DNA of 50,514 nucleotides from a virus (Duplodnaviria; Heunggongvirae; Uroviricota; Caudoviricetes): IMG/VR virus record IMGVR_UViG_2534681773_000022; one strand, 5' to 3'. Shown piece by piece: positions 16,767 to 25,519 of this stretch (position 1 is its first letter; each line of letters starts with the position of its first letter). The notes under the pieces were generated by a model. It saw only the letters and a program-made list of their open reading frames with translations, ran no database searches and was not told where the DNA came from. The position numbers and the translations under genes were made by a program.

Positions 16767-16859
16767 CATCTGCTCATGCGTTGGGTTCACAAGCAAACCT
16801 CAGGCCCACTGCTTTGCGCAAAAGCAGAATGAGCCTATCAGAGACAGGCTTAATGATCC

Positions 16860-17909
16860 ATGCTTAATACTGTAAAAATATCCAGTTGTGAGTTAATCAA
16901 CGCCGACTGCCTGGAATTTATCCGGTCGTTACCCGAAAATTCTGTTGACCTGATAGTCACGGACCCGCCGTACTTTAAAGTGAAGCCTGAGGGCTGGGAT
17001 AACCAGTGGAAGGGCGACGATGATTACCTGAAGTGGCTGGACCAGTGTCTGGCGCAGTTCTGGCGGGTGCTGAAACCTGCCGGAAGTCTTTACCTGTTCT
17101 GTGGTCATCGCCTGGCATCTGATATCGAAATCATGATGCGTGAACGCTTCAGTGTGCTGAACCATATTATCTGGGCGAAGCCGTCCGGACGCTGGAACGG
17201 ATGCAACAAGGAAAGCCTGCGGGCGTATTTCCCCGCCACAGAGCGCATTCTGTTCGCGGAACATTATCAGGGGCCGTATCGTCCGAAAGATGCCGGGTAT
17301 GCGGCGAAGGGCAGTGCACTGAAACAGCATGTGATGGCCCCGCTGATTTCTTACTTTCGTGATGCGCGCGCGGCCCTGGGGATAACGGCAAAACAGATTG
17401 CAGATGCCACAGGAAAGAAAAACATGGTGTCGCACTGGTTCAGTGCCAGTCAGTGGCAGCTACCGAACGAAAGCGATTATCTGAAATTACAGTCGCTGTT
17501 TGCCCGGGTGGCAGAAGAGAAACATCAGCGCGGTGAACTGGAAAAGCCCCACCACCAGCTGGTGGATACGTATACGTCACTGAACCGGCAGTATGTGGAG
17601 CTGCAGAGTGAATATAAGCATCTGCGGCGGTATTTTGGTGTGACGGCGCAGGTGCCGTACACGGATGTGTGGACACATAAACCGGTGCAGTTCTATCCCG
17701 GGAAACATCCGTGCGAAAAACCGGCAGAAATGCTGCAGCAGATAATCAGCGCAAGCAGTCGTCCGGGTGACCTGGTTGCAGATTTTTTTATGGGCTCAGG
17801 TTCAACGGTAAAAGCGGCACTGGCGCTCGGGCGTCGTGCGATTGGCGTTGAGCTGGAGACCGGACGTTTTGAGCAGACAGTCAGGGAAGTTCAGGATTTA
17901 ATCGTTTGA
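16860..17909 (+). CDS. Phage DNA N6-adenine (or N4-cytosine) methyltransferase, DPPY-motif class
   Basis: 349-aa ORF with motif IV TDPPYF near the N-terminus and a C-terminal FxGxG-like AdoMet motif (DFFMGSGST). Confidence 0.8.
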   Translation: MLNTVKISSCELINADCLEFIRSLPENSVDLIVTDPPYFKVKPEGWDNQWKGDDDYLKWLDQCLAQFWRVLKPAGSLYLFCGHRLASDIEIMMRERFSVLNHIIWAKPSGRWNGCNKESLRAYFPATERILFAEHYQGPYRPKDAGYAAKGSALKQHVMAPLISYFRDARAALGITAKQIADATGKKNMVSHWFSASQWQLPNESDYLKLQSLFARVAEEKHQRGELEKPHHQLVDTYTSLNRQYVELQSEYKHLRRYFGVTAQVPYTDVWTHKPVQFYPGKHPCEKPAEMLQQIISASSRPGDLVADFFMGSGSTVKAALALGRRAIGVELETGRFEQTVREVQDLIV

Positions 17910-17958
17910 AACGGATGAGATTGCAGAATTAATTACGCACCATTATTATTCTGCTCCC

Positions 17959-18034
17959 GGCCCTTTAGCTCAGTGGTGAGAGCGAGCGACTCATAATCGC
18001 CAGGTCGCTGGTTCAAATCCAGCAAGGGCCACCA
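17959..18034 (+). tRNA. tRNA with CAU anticodon (Met or lysidine-modified Ile2; ileZ-like phage tRNA)
   Basis: 76 nt; 7-bp acceptor stem GGCCCTT/AAGGGCC, anticodon loop CUCAUAA, T-loop GGTTCAAATCC, discriminator A and CCA. Confidence 0.8.
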
Positions 18035-18043
18035 TATCACATA

Positions 18044-18120
18044 CCACCATTAGCTCATCGGGATAGAGCGCCAGCCTTCGAAGCTGGTTGCGCGGGGTTC
18101 GAGTTCTCGATGGCGGTCCA
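18044..18120 (+). tRNA. tRNA-Arg (anticodon UCG), argN-like phage tRNA
   Basis: 77 nt; acceptor stem with one mismatch, anticodon loop CUUCGAA, T-arm GGTTCGAGT, terminal CCA. Confidence 0.65.
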
Positions 18121-18134
18121 TTTATCGGTATTCT

Positions 18135-18205
18135 GCGTTGTTAGCTCAGCCGGACAGAGCAATTGCCTTCTAAGCAGCTGTGGTTGCACTCCTGTTGTTT
18201 CTGGT
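18135..18205 (+). pseudogene. Degenerate tRNA-Arg(UCU)-like remnant
   Basis: Intact D-arm (TAGCTCAGCCGGACAGAGC) and anticodon loop (CUUCUAA), but no pairing acceptor 3' strand and a degenerate T-arm. Confidence 0.35.
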
Positions 18206-18376
18206 GGTGATGGTGGACTTCAGCAGCCGGATAATGTCGGTGCTGTCTGATGATGTTTTGGTGGCGGGTGTGGTGGTTGTTGCTTTCCCGTTGCTGAAAA
18301 AGAAAGCATCAGGCGATTAGCAGGGTATCAGTTACCCGTTGAAATTTTTAAATACCTCACAATTCCACAGCTTGAT

Positions 18377-18578
18377 GATTGTCTGGCTGCCGGAGAATTT
18401 GTTAAAAATTACATCGCATGGTGAATCCCCCTCAGCGGCGGGGCATCTGGCAAAGTGTATGATCCAGAGAACATGCAAATTCAGTAGACAGGCTGAATTT
18501 ACCGGGAGGCACCTGGCACCATGCGACAGACAGAAATTAGGCTATACTTCAGCCCCTCTCCGGAGGGGCTTTTCTGTG
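18377..18578 (+). repeat. Structured non-coding element, copy A (about 200 nt, ending in an intrinsic terminator)
   Basis: About 80% identical to copy B in its 5' and 3' blocks; long-range complementarity CGCATGGTGAAT / ATTCACC...CACCATGCG; ends AGCCCCTC-tccg-GAGGGGCT + TTTT. Confidence 0.6.
18551..18578 (+). terminator. Intrinsic terminator closing repeat copy A
   Basis: Perfect 8-bp stem AGCCCCTC/GAGGGGCT followed by TTTTCTGTG. Confidence 0.7.
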
Positions 18579-18764
18579 CAGGATGTGTCACAGTTTCCTG
18601 AATTCTGAGTACTGTCCTGTTACTCAGGGTGCTATATTTTCTGACGTGATGAAAGTCTGCCGGAAGGCGGAACGTATCGGAAATGACCCAGTAGAGAAAA
18701 CGTTGACTCAGATACCGATGCTGAGTTACCGGGAAACCGGCATCACATGACCGCTATCCTTCCA

Positions 18765-18788
18765 GGCTCGCTCCGGCGGGCCTTTTTA
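18765..18788 (+). terminator. Intrinsic terminator (GGCTCGC-tccg-GCGGGCC + TTTTT)
   Basis: GC hairpin with the same tccg loop as the repeat terminators, followed by five T. Confidence 0.6.
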
Positions 18789-18842
18789 CTGCAGAAAACA
18801 GTTTTCCCGTAAAATGCTACGTTGCTCATAATTCAGGCTGGC

Positions 18843-19040
18843 GATTATTGTCTGGCCAGCGGGAAGTTTGTTAAAAAATTTCGCATGGTGAATCCCCCTG
18901 TGCGGAGGGGCAATCAGCGAGTAGGTATATGGGATAATCGCGGATTCAGGTGCTGGTACTGAATTCACCGGGAGGCACCCGGCACCATGCAATGGCACAT
19001 AGCGCCACTCTCCAGCCCCTCTCCGGAGGGGCTGTTTATA
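18843..19040 (+). repeat. Structured non-coding element, copy B (tandem partner of copy A)
   Basis: Shares the 5' block (ATTGTCTGGC...TTTGTTAAAAA...CGCATGGTGAATCCCCCT) and 3' block (AATTCACCGGGAGGCACC..GGCACCATGC...CAGCCCCTCTCCGGAGGGGCT) with copy A. Confidence 0.6.
19005..19040 (+). terminator. Terminator hairpin closing repeat copy B (weaker T-tract)
   Basis: Same AGCCCCTC/GAGGGGCT stem, followed by GTTTATATTGATTTT. Confidence 0.5.
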
Positions 19041-19068
19041 TTGATTTTGTCAGATGTGAGTAAACTCC

Positions 19069-19404
19069 TTATGGACTTTGTTGTTTTAGTCCATAAGGAC
19101 ATATTTGCAGAGTGCAACGGTTATTAAAGCATTCATTCAATACGTTATCTGTATTTGTAGGGCATTCCTGGCTGTTTTTGATTAAATTCCAGAATGTTTT
19201 ATTGAATGGCACTACGTTGTAAATGGTTACAGGTAGCACTTTGTTATTGAGCATGATGCCTGTGTGAGTCAGTGTAAATATACTTTCAGGAGGTAAGAAA
19301 GCATCCGATTGATACCAGATTATTAATTTTATTTTACTCCATATGACTGAAAAAGATATTCCGCATGATGGCTGGATAACTGTATCAATCACAATCCACT
19401 TCAT
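19069..19404 (-). CDS. Hypothetical AT-rich orphan protein (111 aa, Cys-containing)
   Basis: ORF with AAGGA RBS 7-8 nt upstream of ATG, in a sharply AT-rich stretch on the strand opposite the late operon; no family recognised. Confidence 0.45.
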   Translation of the reverse strand: MKWIVIDTVIQPSCGISFSVIWSKIKLIIWYQSDAFLPPESIFTLTHTGIMLNNKVLPVTIYNVVPFNKTFWNLIKNSQECPTNTDNVLNECFNNRCTLQICPYGLKQQSP

Positions 19405-19664
19405 TTAGTTTCCTTGTTTATGCCTTGCTGGTGATGTTCTGAAAAGTATAAATGATATTTTTGATTGTAAACCATAGAGCAGAATTATTTTTCTGATGTT
19501 GTTTATTGTTTATTTAAATGCAGGGTGGTTTATATCTCGTCTTGTAGTTTATCCATGCATATCTGCTTGATGATGAGGTTTTTATTTAAGGTATGGTTTT
19601 GTGTTTTTTCTGTATTACATGTCAGGTATTTTAAAGAATCATTTTTCAGATGGTGGAAAGAACC

Positions 19665-21521
19665 ATGGCATTTAAACACTATGATGTTGTCAGGGCGGCG
19701 TCGCCGTCAGATCTTGCGGAAAAGCTGACACATAAACTGAAAGAGGGCTGGCAGCCGTTTGGTAGTCCGGTGGCCATAACCCCTTATACCCTGATGCAGG
19801 CGATTGCAGCAGAAGGTGATGTGGTCGTCAGTGGTGCAACTGAGCCGGAGTGGTACTACGTCATCGTACTGGCCGGGCAATCCAATGCCATGGCTTACGG
19901 TGAAGGGCTTCCGCTTCCGGATTCATACGATGCGCCCCATCCGCGCATTAAGCAACTGGCCCGGCGTAACACAGTGACTCCCGGTGGTGAAGTATGCGTA
20001 TTTAACGACATCATTCCTGCTGACCATTGTCTGCATGATGTTCAGGATATGAGTACGATTAATCATCCCCGGGCTGACCTGAGCAAAGGGCAGTACGGCT
20101 GTGTCGGACAGGGCTTACATATTGCCAAAAAACTGCTTCCGTATATCCCTAATAACGCGGGGATCCTGCTGGTACCATGCTGTCGTGGTGGTTCGGCATT
20201 CACCCAGGGCACGGAGGGGACATTCAGCGAGTCCACGGGGGCCAGTCAGGATTCGGCTCGCTGGGGAGTGGGTAAGCCGTTATATCAGGATCTGCTTTTC
20301 CGCACGAAGGCAGCATTGCAGAAAAATCCGAAAAACGTTTTGCTGGCGATATGCTGGATGCAGGGGGAATTCGATATGACGAATGCCAGTTACGCCCAGC
20401 AGCCAGCAGCATTTCTTGCAATGGTACAGCAGTTCCGTGCTGACCTTGCCGGGCTGGCGGCGCAGTGTCACGGTGGAAGTCCGGCATCAGTCCCCTGGAT
20501 TTGTGGCGACACGACATACGCGTGGAAACAAGAACACGGTACGCAATATGAAGTGGTATATGGTGCATATAAAGGTAAAGAATCCCAGCAGATTTATTTT
20601 GTTCCCTTTATGACCGATGGTAGCGGAGTTAATACACCGACAAACAACCCGTCAGAAGATCCTGATATTGCCGGGTCTGGTTATTACGGTTCGGCATCCC
20701 GAACGAACAAAAACTGGGTATCATCAAATCGCCCGACGCATTTCAGCTCATGGGCGCGTCGTGGCATTATTCCCGATCGTATGGCAACTGCTATTCTGAA
20801 CGTAGCCGGTCGCACCTTAGCCTTCATTAGTGGTAAGGCACCGGAAATCAAACCCTCGCCCGGCGGCGACACTCCATCGGGGCCGTCTGATGGTGACACA
20901 TCCGTTCGTACAGTCTCCCTGCTGCCGACAGCCGGAGAGGCTGCTGCGCAGGGCTGGACCATCACCGGCGGCAGTGTTGCGCTGGAAGATGGTGTGTTTA
21001 AGGTTACCAAGCAGAGCAATAAAACTTGGTCCCTGATGCATCCGGTGGATGACGCAGTCTCCCTGCTGACACGGGGTGGCAGACTGAGCTGTAAGTTTCG
21101 ACTGTCAGGCGCACTGACCAACAACCAGTTCGGTCTGGGAATTTATCTGTATACCGATGTAGCGTTACCTGACGTCGTGGCGATGACCGGGACTGGTAAC
21201 CCGTTCCTGATGTCGTTCTTCACCCAGACCACAGACGGCAAACTGAATCTGATGCATCACAGGAAAGCAGGAAACACAAAGTTGGGCGAGTTCGGGAATT
21301 ACAGTAACGACTGGCAGACGCTGGAGCTGGTGTTCACCGCCGGCAGTGCCACGGTTACTCCGAAACTGAATGGAGTGGCTGGCCCGGCATTCCAGGTCAT
21401 AAAAGACAGTCTGACACTGGGGCTGAATGCGCTGACGCTGACGGATATTACCAAAAATGCAGCGTATGGCGTTGAGATAGAAAGTCTGGTGCTGGAGATA
21501 AATGCACCAGCATCATCATAA
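19665..21521 (+). CDS. nanS-p: Prophage sialate O-acetylesterase NanS-p (DUF1737 + SGNH/SASA esterase + C-terminal domain)
   Basis: N-terminus MAFKHYDVVRAASPSDLAEKL... (DUF1737-like) followed by YYVIVLAGQSNAMAYGEG (SGNH esterase GQSN block); the gene that follows stx in Shiga-toxin phages. Confidence 0.8.
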   Translation: MAFKHYDVVRAASPSDLAEKLTHKLKEGWQPFGSPVAITPYTLMQAIAAEGDVVVSGATEPEWYYVIVLAGQSNAMAYGEGLPLPDSYDAPHPRIKQLARRNTVTPGGEVCVFNDIIPADHCLHDVQDMSTINHPRADLSKGQYGCVGQGLHIAKKLLPYIPNNAGILLVPCCRGGSAFTQGTEGTFSESTGASQDSARWGVGKPLYQDLLFRTKAALQKNPKNVLLAICWMQGEFDMTNASYAQQPAAFLAMVQQFRADLAGLAAQCHGGSPASVPWICGDTTYAWKQEHGTQYEVVYGAYKGKESQQIYFVPFMTDGSGVNTPTNNPSEDPDIAGSGYYGSASRTNKNWVSSNRPTHFSSWARRGIIPDRMATAILNVAGRTLAFISGKAPEIKPSPGGDTPSGPSDGDTSVRTVSLLPTAGEAAAQGWTITGGSVALEDGVFKVTKQSNKTWSLMHPVDDAVSLLTRGGRLSCKFRLSGALTNNQFGLGIYLYTDVALPDVVAMTGTGNPFLMSFFTQTTDGKLNLMHHRKAGNTKLGEFGNYSNDWQTLELVFTAGSATVTPKLNGVAGPAFQVIKDSLTLGLNALTLTDITKNAAYGVEIESLVLEINAPASS

Positions 21522-21671
21522 AAAGTGAGCCAGTCAAATGGAAGGTATCGTTAAACTCACCGGTAGTGTCAGTGGGTCGTCTGAGATGCCTGCATGAGTT
21601 ATCAGAGCCATCAGTTCTTAACTGGTGGCTTTTTTTATTGTTGTCAGCTTCCGGATAACGGGAGACGGGGT

Positions 21672-21887
21672 ATGTACCAGATGGAAAAAATCACAACAGG
21701 TGTGTCATACACCACGTCAGCGGTGGGAACGGGCTACTGGTTCCTGCAGTTGCTGGACAGGGTTTCCCCGTCTCAGTGGGCGGCAATAGGCGTGCTGGGG
21801 AGTCTGCTGTTTGGGCTGCTGACATATCTGACTAACCTGTATTTCAAAATCAGAGAGGACCGTCGTAAGGCTGCACGGGGAGAGTAA
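21672..21887 (+). CDS. S: Class II holin / pinholin of phage 21 S-type, with dual-start motif (Met1 and Met4)
   Basis: [71 protein letters not shown] closely resembles the remembered S21 pinholin; GGGAGACGGGG RBS. Confidence 0.85.
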   Translation: MYQMEKITTGVSYTTSAVGTGYWFLQLLDRVSPSQWAAIGVLGSLLFGLLTYLTNLYFKIREDRRKAARGE

Positions 21888-21891
21888 TTCA

Positions 21892-22206
21892 ATGACTCAA
21901 AACTATGAACTGATTGTGAAAGGGATCCGCAATTTTGAGAATAAAGTTACGGTAACTTTAGCGTTACGGGACAAAAAACGCTTTGACGGTGAAATTTTTG
22001 ACCTGGACATCTCGCTGGACCGTGTTGAAGGTGCCGCGCTGGAGTTTTATGAGGCAGCAGCCAGAAGGAGCATCAGACAGGTCTTCATGGATGTTGCTGC
22101 CGGGTTATGTGAAGGGGACGAGCTGTTGCCAGAAACGCGCCCCTGTTCAGAGGCGCGGTATACCATAAAAATTAACAGTTCTGATAACTCGATTACGGGT
22201 TGTTAG
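21892..22206 (+). CDS. Hypothetical protein inserted between holin and endolysin
   Basis: 104-aa ORF starting 4 bp after the holin stop; no lysis-protein features recognised. Confidence 0.45.
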   Translation: MTQNYELIVKGIRNFENKVTVTLALRDKKRFDGEIFDLDISLDRVEGAALEFYEAAARRSIRQVFMDVAAGLCEGDELLPETRPCSEARYTIKINSSDNSITGC

Positions 22207-22261
22207 CTTTTTGCAGTTGGCTTTCCAGTATCTTTCATTGGTAGCATCCTGATAAATATCC

Positions 22262-22795
22262 ATGAGCGCAAAAATCAAATACGGCCTGTCAGCTGCTGTT
22301 CTGGCGCTGATTGCTGCAGGCGCGTCTGCTCCTCAAATACTTGACCAGTTTCTGGATGAAAAAGAGGGTAACCACACTACGGCATACCGCGATGGTTCCG
22401 GTATATGGACCATCTGTCGTGGTGCCACAATGGTGGATGGTAAGCCCGTCATACCGGGAATGAAGCTGTCGAAGGAAAAATGCGACCAGGTTAACGCTAT
22501 TGAACGTGATAAGGCGCTGGCATGGGTGGAGCGCAATATTAAAGTACCACTGACCGAACCACAGAAAGCGGGTATAGCGTCATTCTGTCCCTATAACATT
22601 GGCCCCGGTAAGTGTTTCCCGTCGACGTTTTATAAGCGGCTGAATGCCGGTGATCGTAAGGGCGCATGCGAGGCGATTCGCTGGTGGATAAAAGATGGTG
22701 GGCGCGATTGCCGCATACGTTCAAATAACTGCTATGGACAGGTTATTCGTCGTGACCAGGAAAGCGCATTAGCCTGTTGGGGGATAGATCAGTGA
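22262..22795 (+). CDS. R: SAR endolysin (lysozyme, phage 21 R-type)
   Basis: 177-aa ORF with a Gly/Ala-rich signal-arrest-release N-terminus ([16 protein letters not shown]) and lysozyme-like body; follows a pinholin. Confidence 0.8.
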   Translation: MSAKIKYGLSAAVLALIAAGASAPQILDQFLDEKEGNHTTAYRDGSGIWTICRGATMVDGKPVIPGMKLSKEKCDQVNAIERDKALAWVERNIKVPLTEPQKAGIASFCPYNIGPGKCFPSTFYKRLNAGDRKGACEAIRWWIKDGGRDCRIRSNNCYGQVIRRDQESALACWGIDQ

Positions 22796-23250
22796 GCAGA
22801 GTCGCAGCGATTATTTATACTCTGGTTATCTGCACCATCGTCTGCCTGTCATGGGCTGTTAATCATTACCGCGATAACGCCATTACCTACAAAGCCCAGC
22901 GCGACAAAAATGCCAGAGAACTGAAGCTGGCGAACGTGGTAATTACTGACATGCAGATGCGTCAGCGTGATGTAGCAGAACTCGACGCCAGATACACAAA
23001 GGAGCTTGCTGATGCTAACGCGACTATCGAAAGTCTTCGTGCTGATGTTTCTGCTGGGCGTAAGCGCCTGCAAGTCGCCGCCACCTGTGCAAAGTCAACG
23101 ACCGGAGCCAGCAGCATGGGCGATGGAGAAAGCCCAAGACTTACAGCAGATGCTGAACTCAATTATTACCGTCTCCGAAGTGGAATCGACAAGATAACCG
23201 CTCAGGTCAACTACCTGCAGGAGTACATCAGGACGCAGTGCTTAAAATAA
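22792..23250 (+). CDS. Rz: Spanin inner-membrane subunit Rz
   Basis: GTG start after GGGGGAT; N-terminal TM helix then coiled-coil-like periplasmic domain; Rz1 embedded in the +1 frame. Confidence 0.7.
   Translation: MSRVAAIIYTLVICTIVCLSWAVNHYRDNAITYKAQRDKNARELKLANVVITDMQMRQRDVAELDARYTKELADANATIESLRADVSAGRKRLQVAATCAKSTTGASSMGDGESPRLTADAELNYYRLRSGIDKITAQVNYLQEYIRTQCLK
23006..23197 (+). CDS. Rz1: Spanin outer-membrane lipoprotein Rz1 (embedded in Rz)
   Basis: ORF wholly inside Rz in another frame; lipobox LLGVSAC followed by a Pro-rich segment. Confidence 0.65.
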   Translation: MLMLTRLSKVFVLMFLLGVSACKSPPPVQSQRPEPAAWAMEKAQDLQQMLNSIITVSEVESTR

Positions 23251-23290
23251 TTTTAATTTCACTGAAATTTAATACGTGACTTTCAGGAAA

Positions 23291-23318
23291 ATGCCTCGCA
23301 GATGCGGGGCATTTTTGT
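23291..23318 (+). terminator. Intrinsic terminator after the lysis cassette
   Basis: Hairpin ATGCCTCGC-aga-TGCGGGGCAT followed by TTTTT. Confidence 0.55.
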
Positions 23319-23666
23319 ACAGGTATTTCACCGCGCACCGCAGCGCACTCAACCACGTCGAACCAAACCCTTTGGAATGAGCCTTTGAGTAGTCAGTTAG
23401 TGCTGGTGAGCCTTGACGGGCTGATCTCCTATGCCGCAAAGGTTCATCTCAAAGTAAGACGAACGCTATGACAAACCAAGATTCTATAGACCTATCTGAT
23501 CTTCGTGGAATGGTCAGTTTTCCAGACAAAAGGTAATCACCATAGTCGTATGGCTATGAATCTTGTTGCTGCAGATAAGCATTTTGTGATTGAAGTGGTC
23601 AAATCTCTCAAATGCAGTAAAATGCAGTGCGCTATAATTCAATAACGGAGGGAGTAAGGAGAAGTC

Positions 23667-24287
23667 ATGAAAGATCAAGATGTTAGGTTCGCGGTGCATC
23701 ATAAGCTTTTGAAAGAATCGCATTTAGATCCAGACTGCCTTGTGGTCGATGAATTTTCCATATCCCTTGGCGCCAGTAGAGCAGACATTGCTGTAATAAA
23801 TGGTGTTATACACGGGTACGAGCTCAAAAGTGAATATGACTCTTTGGAGCGTTTGCCTCTTCAAATCAAGCATTATTCTTCTGTAATGGACAAGGTTACT
23901 CTTGTCGTAGCTGAGAAACACCTTGAGGGAGCATTAAAGTTAATCCCAGGTTGGTGGGGCGTTAAAACGGTTTCTGTTGGGCCAAAAGGCGCCATTCTTA
24001 TAAAGCACATGCGTGGAGAAAAGCTTAATCGAAACCATGACACATTGATGCTCGCTCAATTGCTTTGGAAAGATGAATGTATCGACGTACTTGAACGATG
24101 GGGCTATTCCAAAGGAATCAAAAGCAAGCCCCGATTTGAGTTATGGAATATTATTGCGGAAAATATTCCAATAGCGAATCTCAGGCCTGAAGTCAGAACA
24201 GCCTTAAAGAAACGCGTAGGCTGGAAAGTTAAGGCTTGGCAGGCTGAGTCTGCGCCAACCAATAAAGCTGTCTCACGACTAACGTAA
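23667..24287 (+). CDS. Cargo protein with PD-(D/E)xK-like nuclease motif (restriction-endonuclease fold candidate)
   Basis: 206-aa ORF with AAGGAG RBS; candidate catalytic residues ...VDEF...RADIAVINGVIHGYELK... (D, then ExK 13 residues later); low GC; 3' end overlaps the convergent partner by 59 bp. Confidence 0.6.
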   Translation: MKDQDVRFAVHHKLLKESHLDPDCLVVDEFSISLGASRADIAVINGVIHGYELKSEYDSLERLPLQIKHYSSVMDKVTLVVAEKHLEGALKLIPGWWGVKTVSVGPKGAILIKHMRGEKLNRNHDTLMLAQLLWKDECIDVLERWGYSKGIKSKPRFELWNIIAENIPIANLRPEVRTALKKRVGWKVKAWQAESAPTNKAVSRLT

Positions 24288-25296
24288 TATGGTGCGTATG
24301 TGCAACTTTACGCCATTCTTTAGAGCCGCCAGATTTGTTAGCGCCTAATGATCTTTGGTAAATGTAATCATCCCCCCAACTAAATTTGGAGCCAAAGACT
24401 TGATACTCTGGCGAACTAACAAGGGTAGTACATAAGTTTTTAGTTTGGCCCCATCCATTTCCTTTAACTGCGGTACCTTTTACAAAGATCCATGAGGTAT
24501 CGTTCGAATATCTCACTGAGACATACTGAGACATGAAGCGTGGGTCTACGCTCGTAATGGTAGAGCTAGCGGTGGGATAATCACTAAAACTTGGCGTTCT
24601 TCCATTGCTAAAATTCTGTACTACGTACATCCAAAGATCGTATTCATGGCGCGGAATATGATGAACTTGATGTTGCGGTATCCCTGCCTGTGATGCCGGG
24701 TATGCGGTTGAAGATAAAATCAAGTTTCTCCACGGAGCTTGGCCTGATAATGTGTTGACCATGCTTAATGCTTGTTGTTTTAAACTATCAGTTGCGTTTT
24801 GAATATCTCCAAAATCAATGATTACATCAATTAAACTAGGATGAATATTTAAGTGGTTAACCAGACTTGTGAATTGGTGCCATGTCTGGGGGGTGATAGA
24901 TATAGCGAGCCCATTGATTAAGTTGCGTTGAACAGCATGTATATAGTTTGTTGAATATGCGGGAGAAACAACAGGGATAATTTCCTTACCATTTACTCTA
25001 GCATCTTGGATACACATATCTAGAGGATGATGGCGGCTCGAACCATGTTTATCTAAATATTTAACATCCAGCAAAACAGGACGATTGGCTTTCCAGGATG
25101 CCGCAAGGTTAATACCGAAGTCAGATAAGTAAGAACTCAAACTCTTCTTGTAGCATTCGTTTTCATAATCCCAGTCTATGTCTGGAATGGTAATGATCGG
25201 AGTAAAACCAGAGAGCGTAGTTTGATCTAAAAGCATCAGAGATTCATATTCAGCAGGCTTCCATTTCAGCTGTGGATAATATTGATGTTGACTCAT
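24229..25296 (-). CDS. Cargo protein of unknown function, convergent partner of the nuclease-like gene
   Basis: 355-aa ORF with AAGGAG RBS 6 nt upstream; low GC; family not assignable from sequence alone. Confidence 0.6.
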   Translation of the reverse strand: MSQHQYYPQLKWKPAEYESLMLLDQTTLSGFTPIITIPDIDWDYENECYKKSLSSYLSDFGINLAASWKANRPVLLDVKYLDKHGSSRHHPLDMCIQDARVNGKEIIPVVSPAYSTNYIHAVQRNLINGLAISITPQTWHQFTSLVNHLNIHPSLIDVIIDFGDIQNATDSLKQQALSMVNTLSGQAPWRNLILSSTAYPASQAGIPQHQVHHIPRHEYDLWMYVVQNFSNGRTPSFSDYPTASSTITSVDPRFMSQYVSVRYSNDTSWIFVKGTAVKGNGWGQTKNLCTTLVSSPEYQVFGSKFSWGDDYIYQRSLGANKSGGSKEWRKVAHTHHITLVVRQLYWLAQTQPAKP

Positions 25297-25519
25297 TAAA
25301 ACTCCTTAAAATCTTTACTTATCCTAAGTATAGTGTTATGGCGTAACGCCAATTGTTTTTATACACTTGAAAACATTGGGAAAAGTTGAGCTATATCTAA
25401 ATTTACAAAATTGGATGTTATAGAAATCGAGGTTTCAACTAGGCATGGAACTGCAAAATTTTTAATGCCTGCACGCGAAAGTCGTTGGCGGGTCCTTTCC
25501 GGTGATCCAGATCGTTACG

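Noticed and set aside
18339-18608. 89-aa plus-strand ORF overlapping repeat copy A
   Set aside because: The homologous copy B has no corresponding plus-strand ORF (its only ORF is on the minus strand), so the repeats are not conserved as coding sequence.
18786-18998. 70-aa minus-strand ORF overlapping repeat copy B
   Set aside because: Not conserved in copy A; it spans a terminator hairpin and structured region, so it is more likely non-coding.
18121-19650. Shiga toxin genes (stxA/stxB) expected between the tRNA cluster and nanS-p
   Set aside because: No ORF of the right size or with a signal-peptide A/B arrangement exists here on either strand; the interval is filled by repeats, terminators and one unrelated minus-strand ORF.
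19525-19728. 67-aa ORF overlapping the nanS-p start
   Set aside because: AT-rich intergenic frame with no RBS, overlapping the better-supported nanS-p start at 19665.
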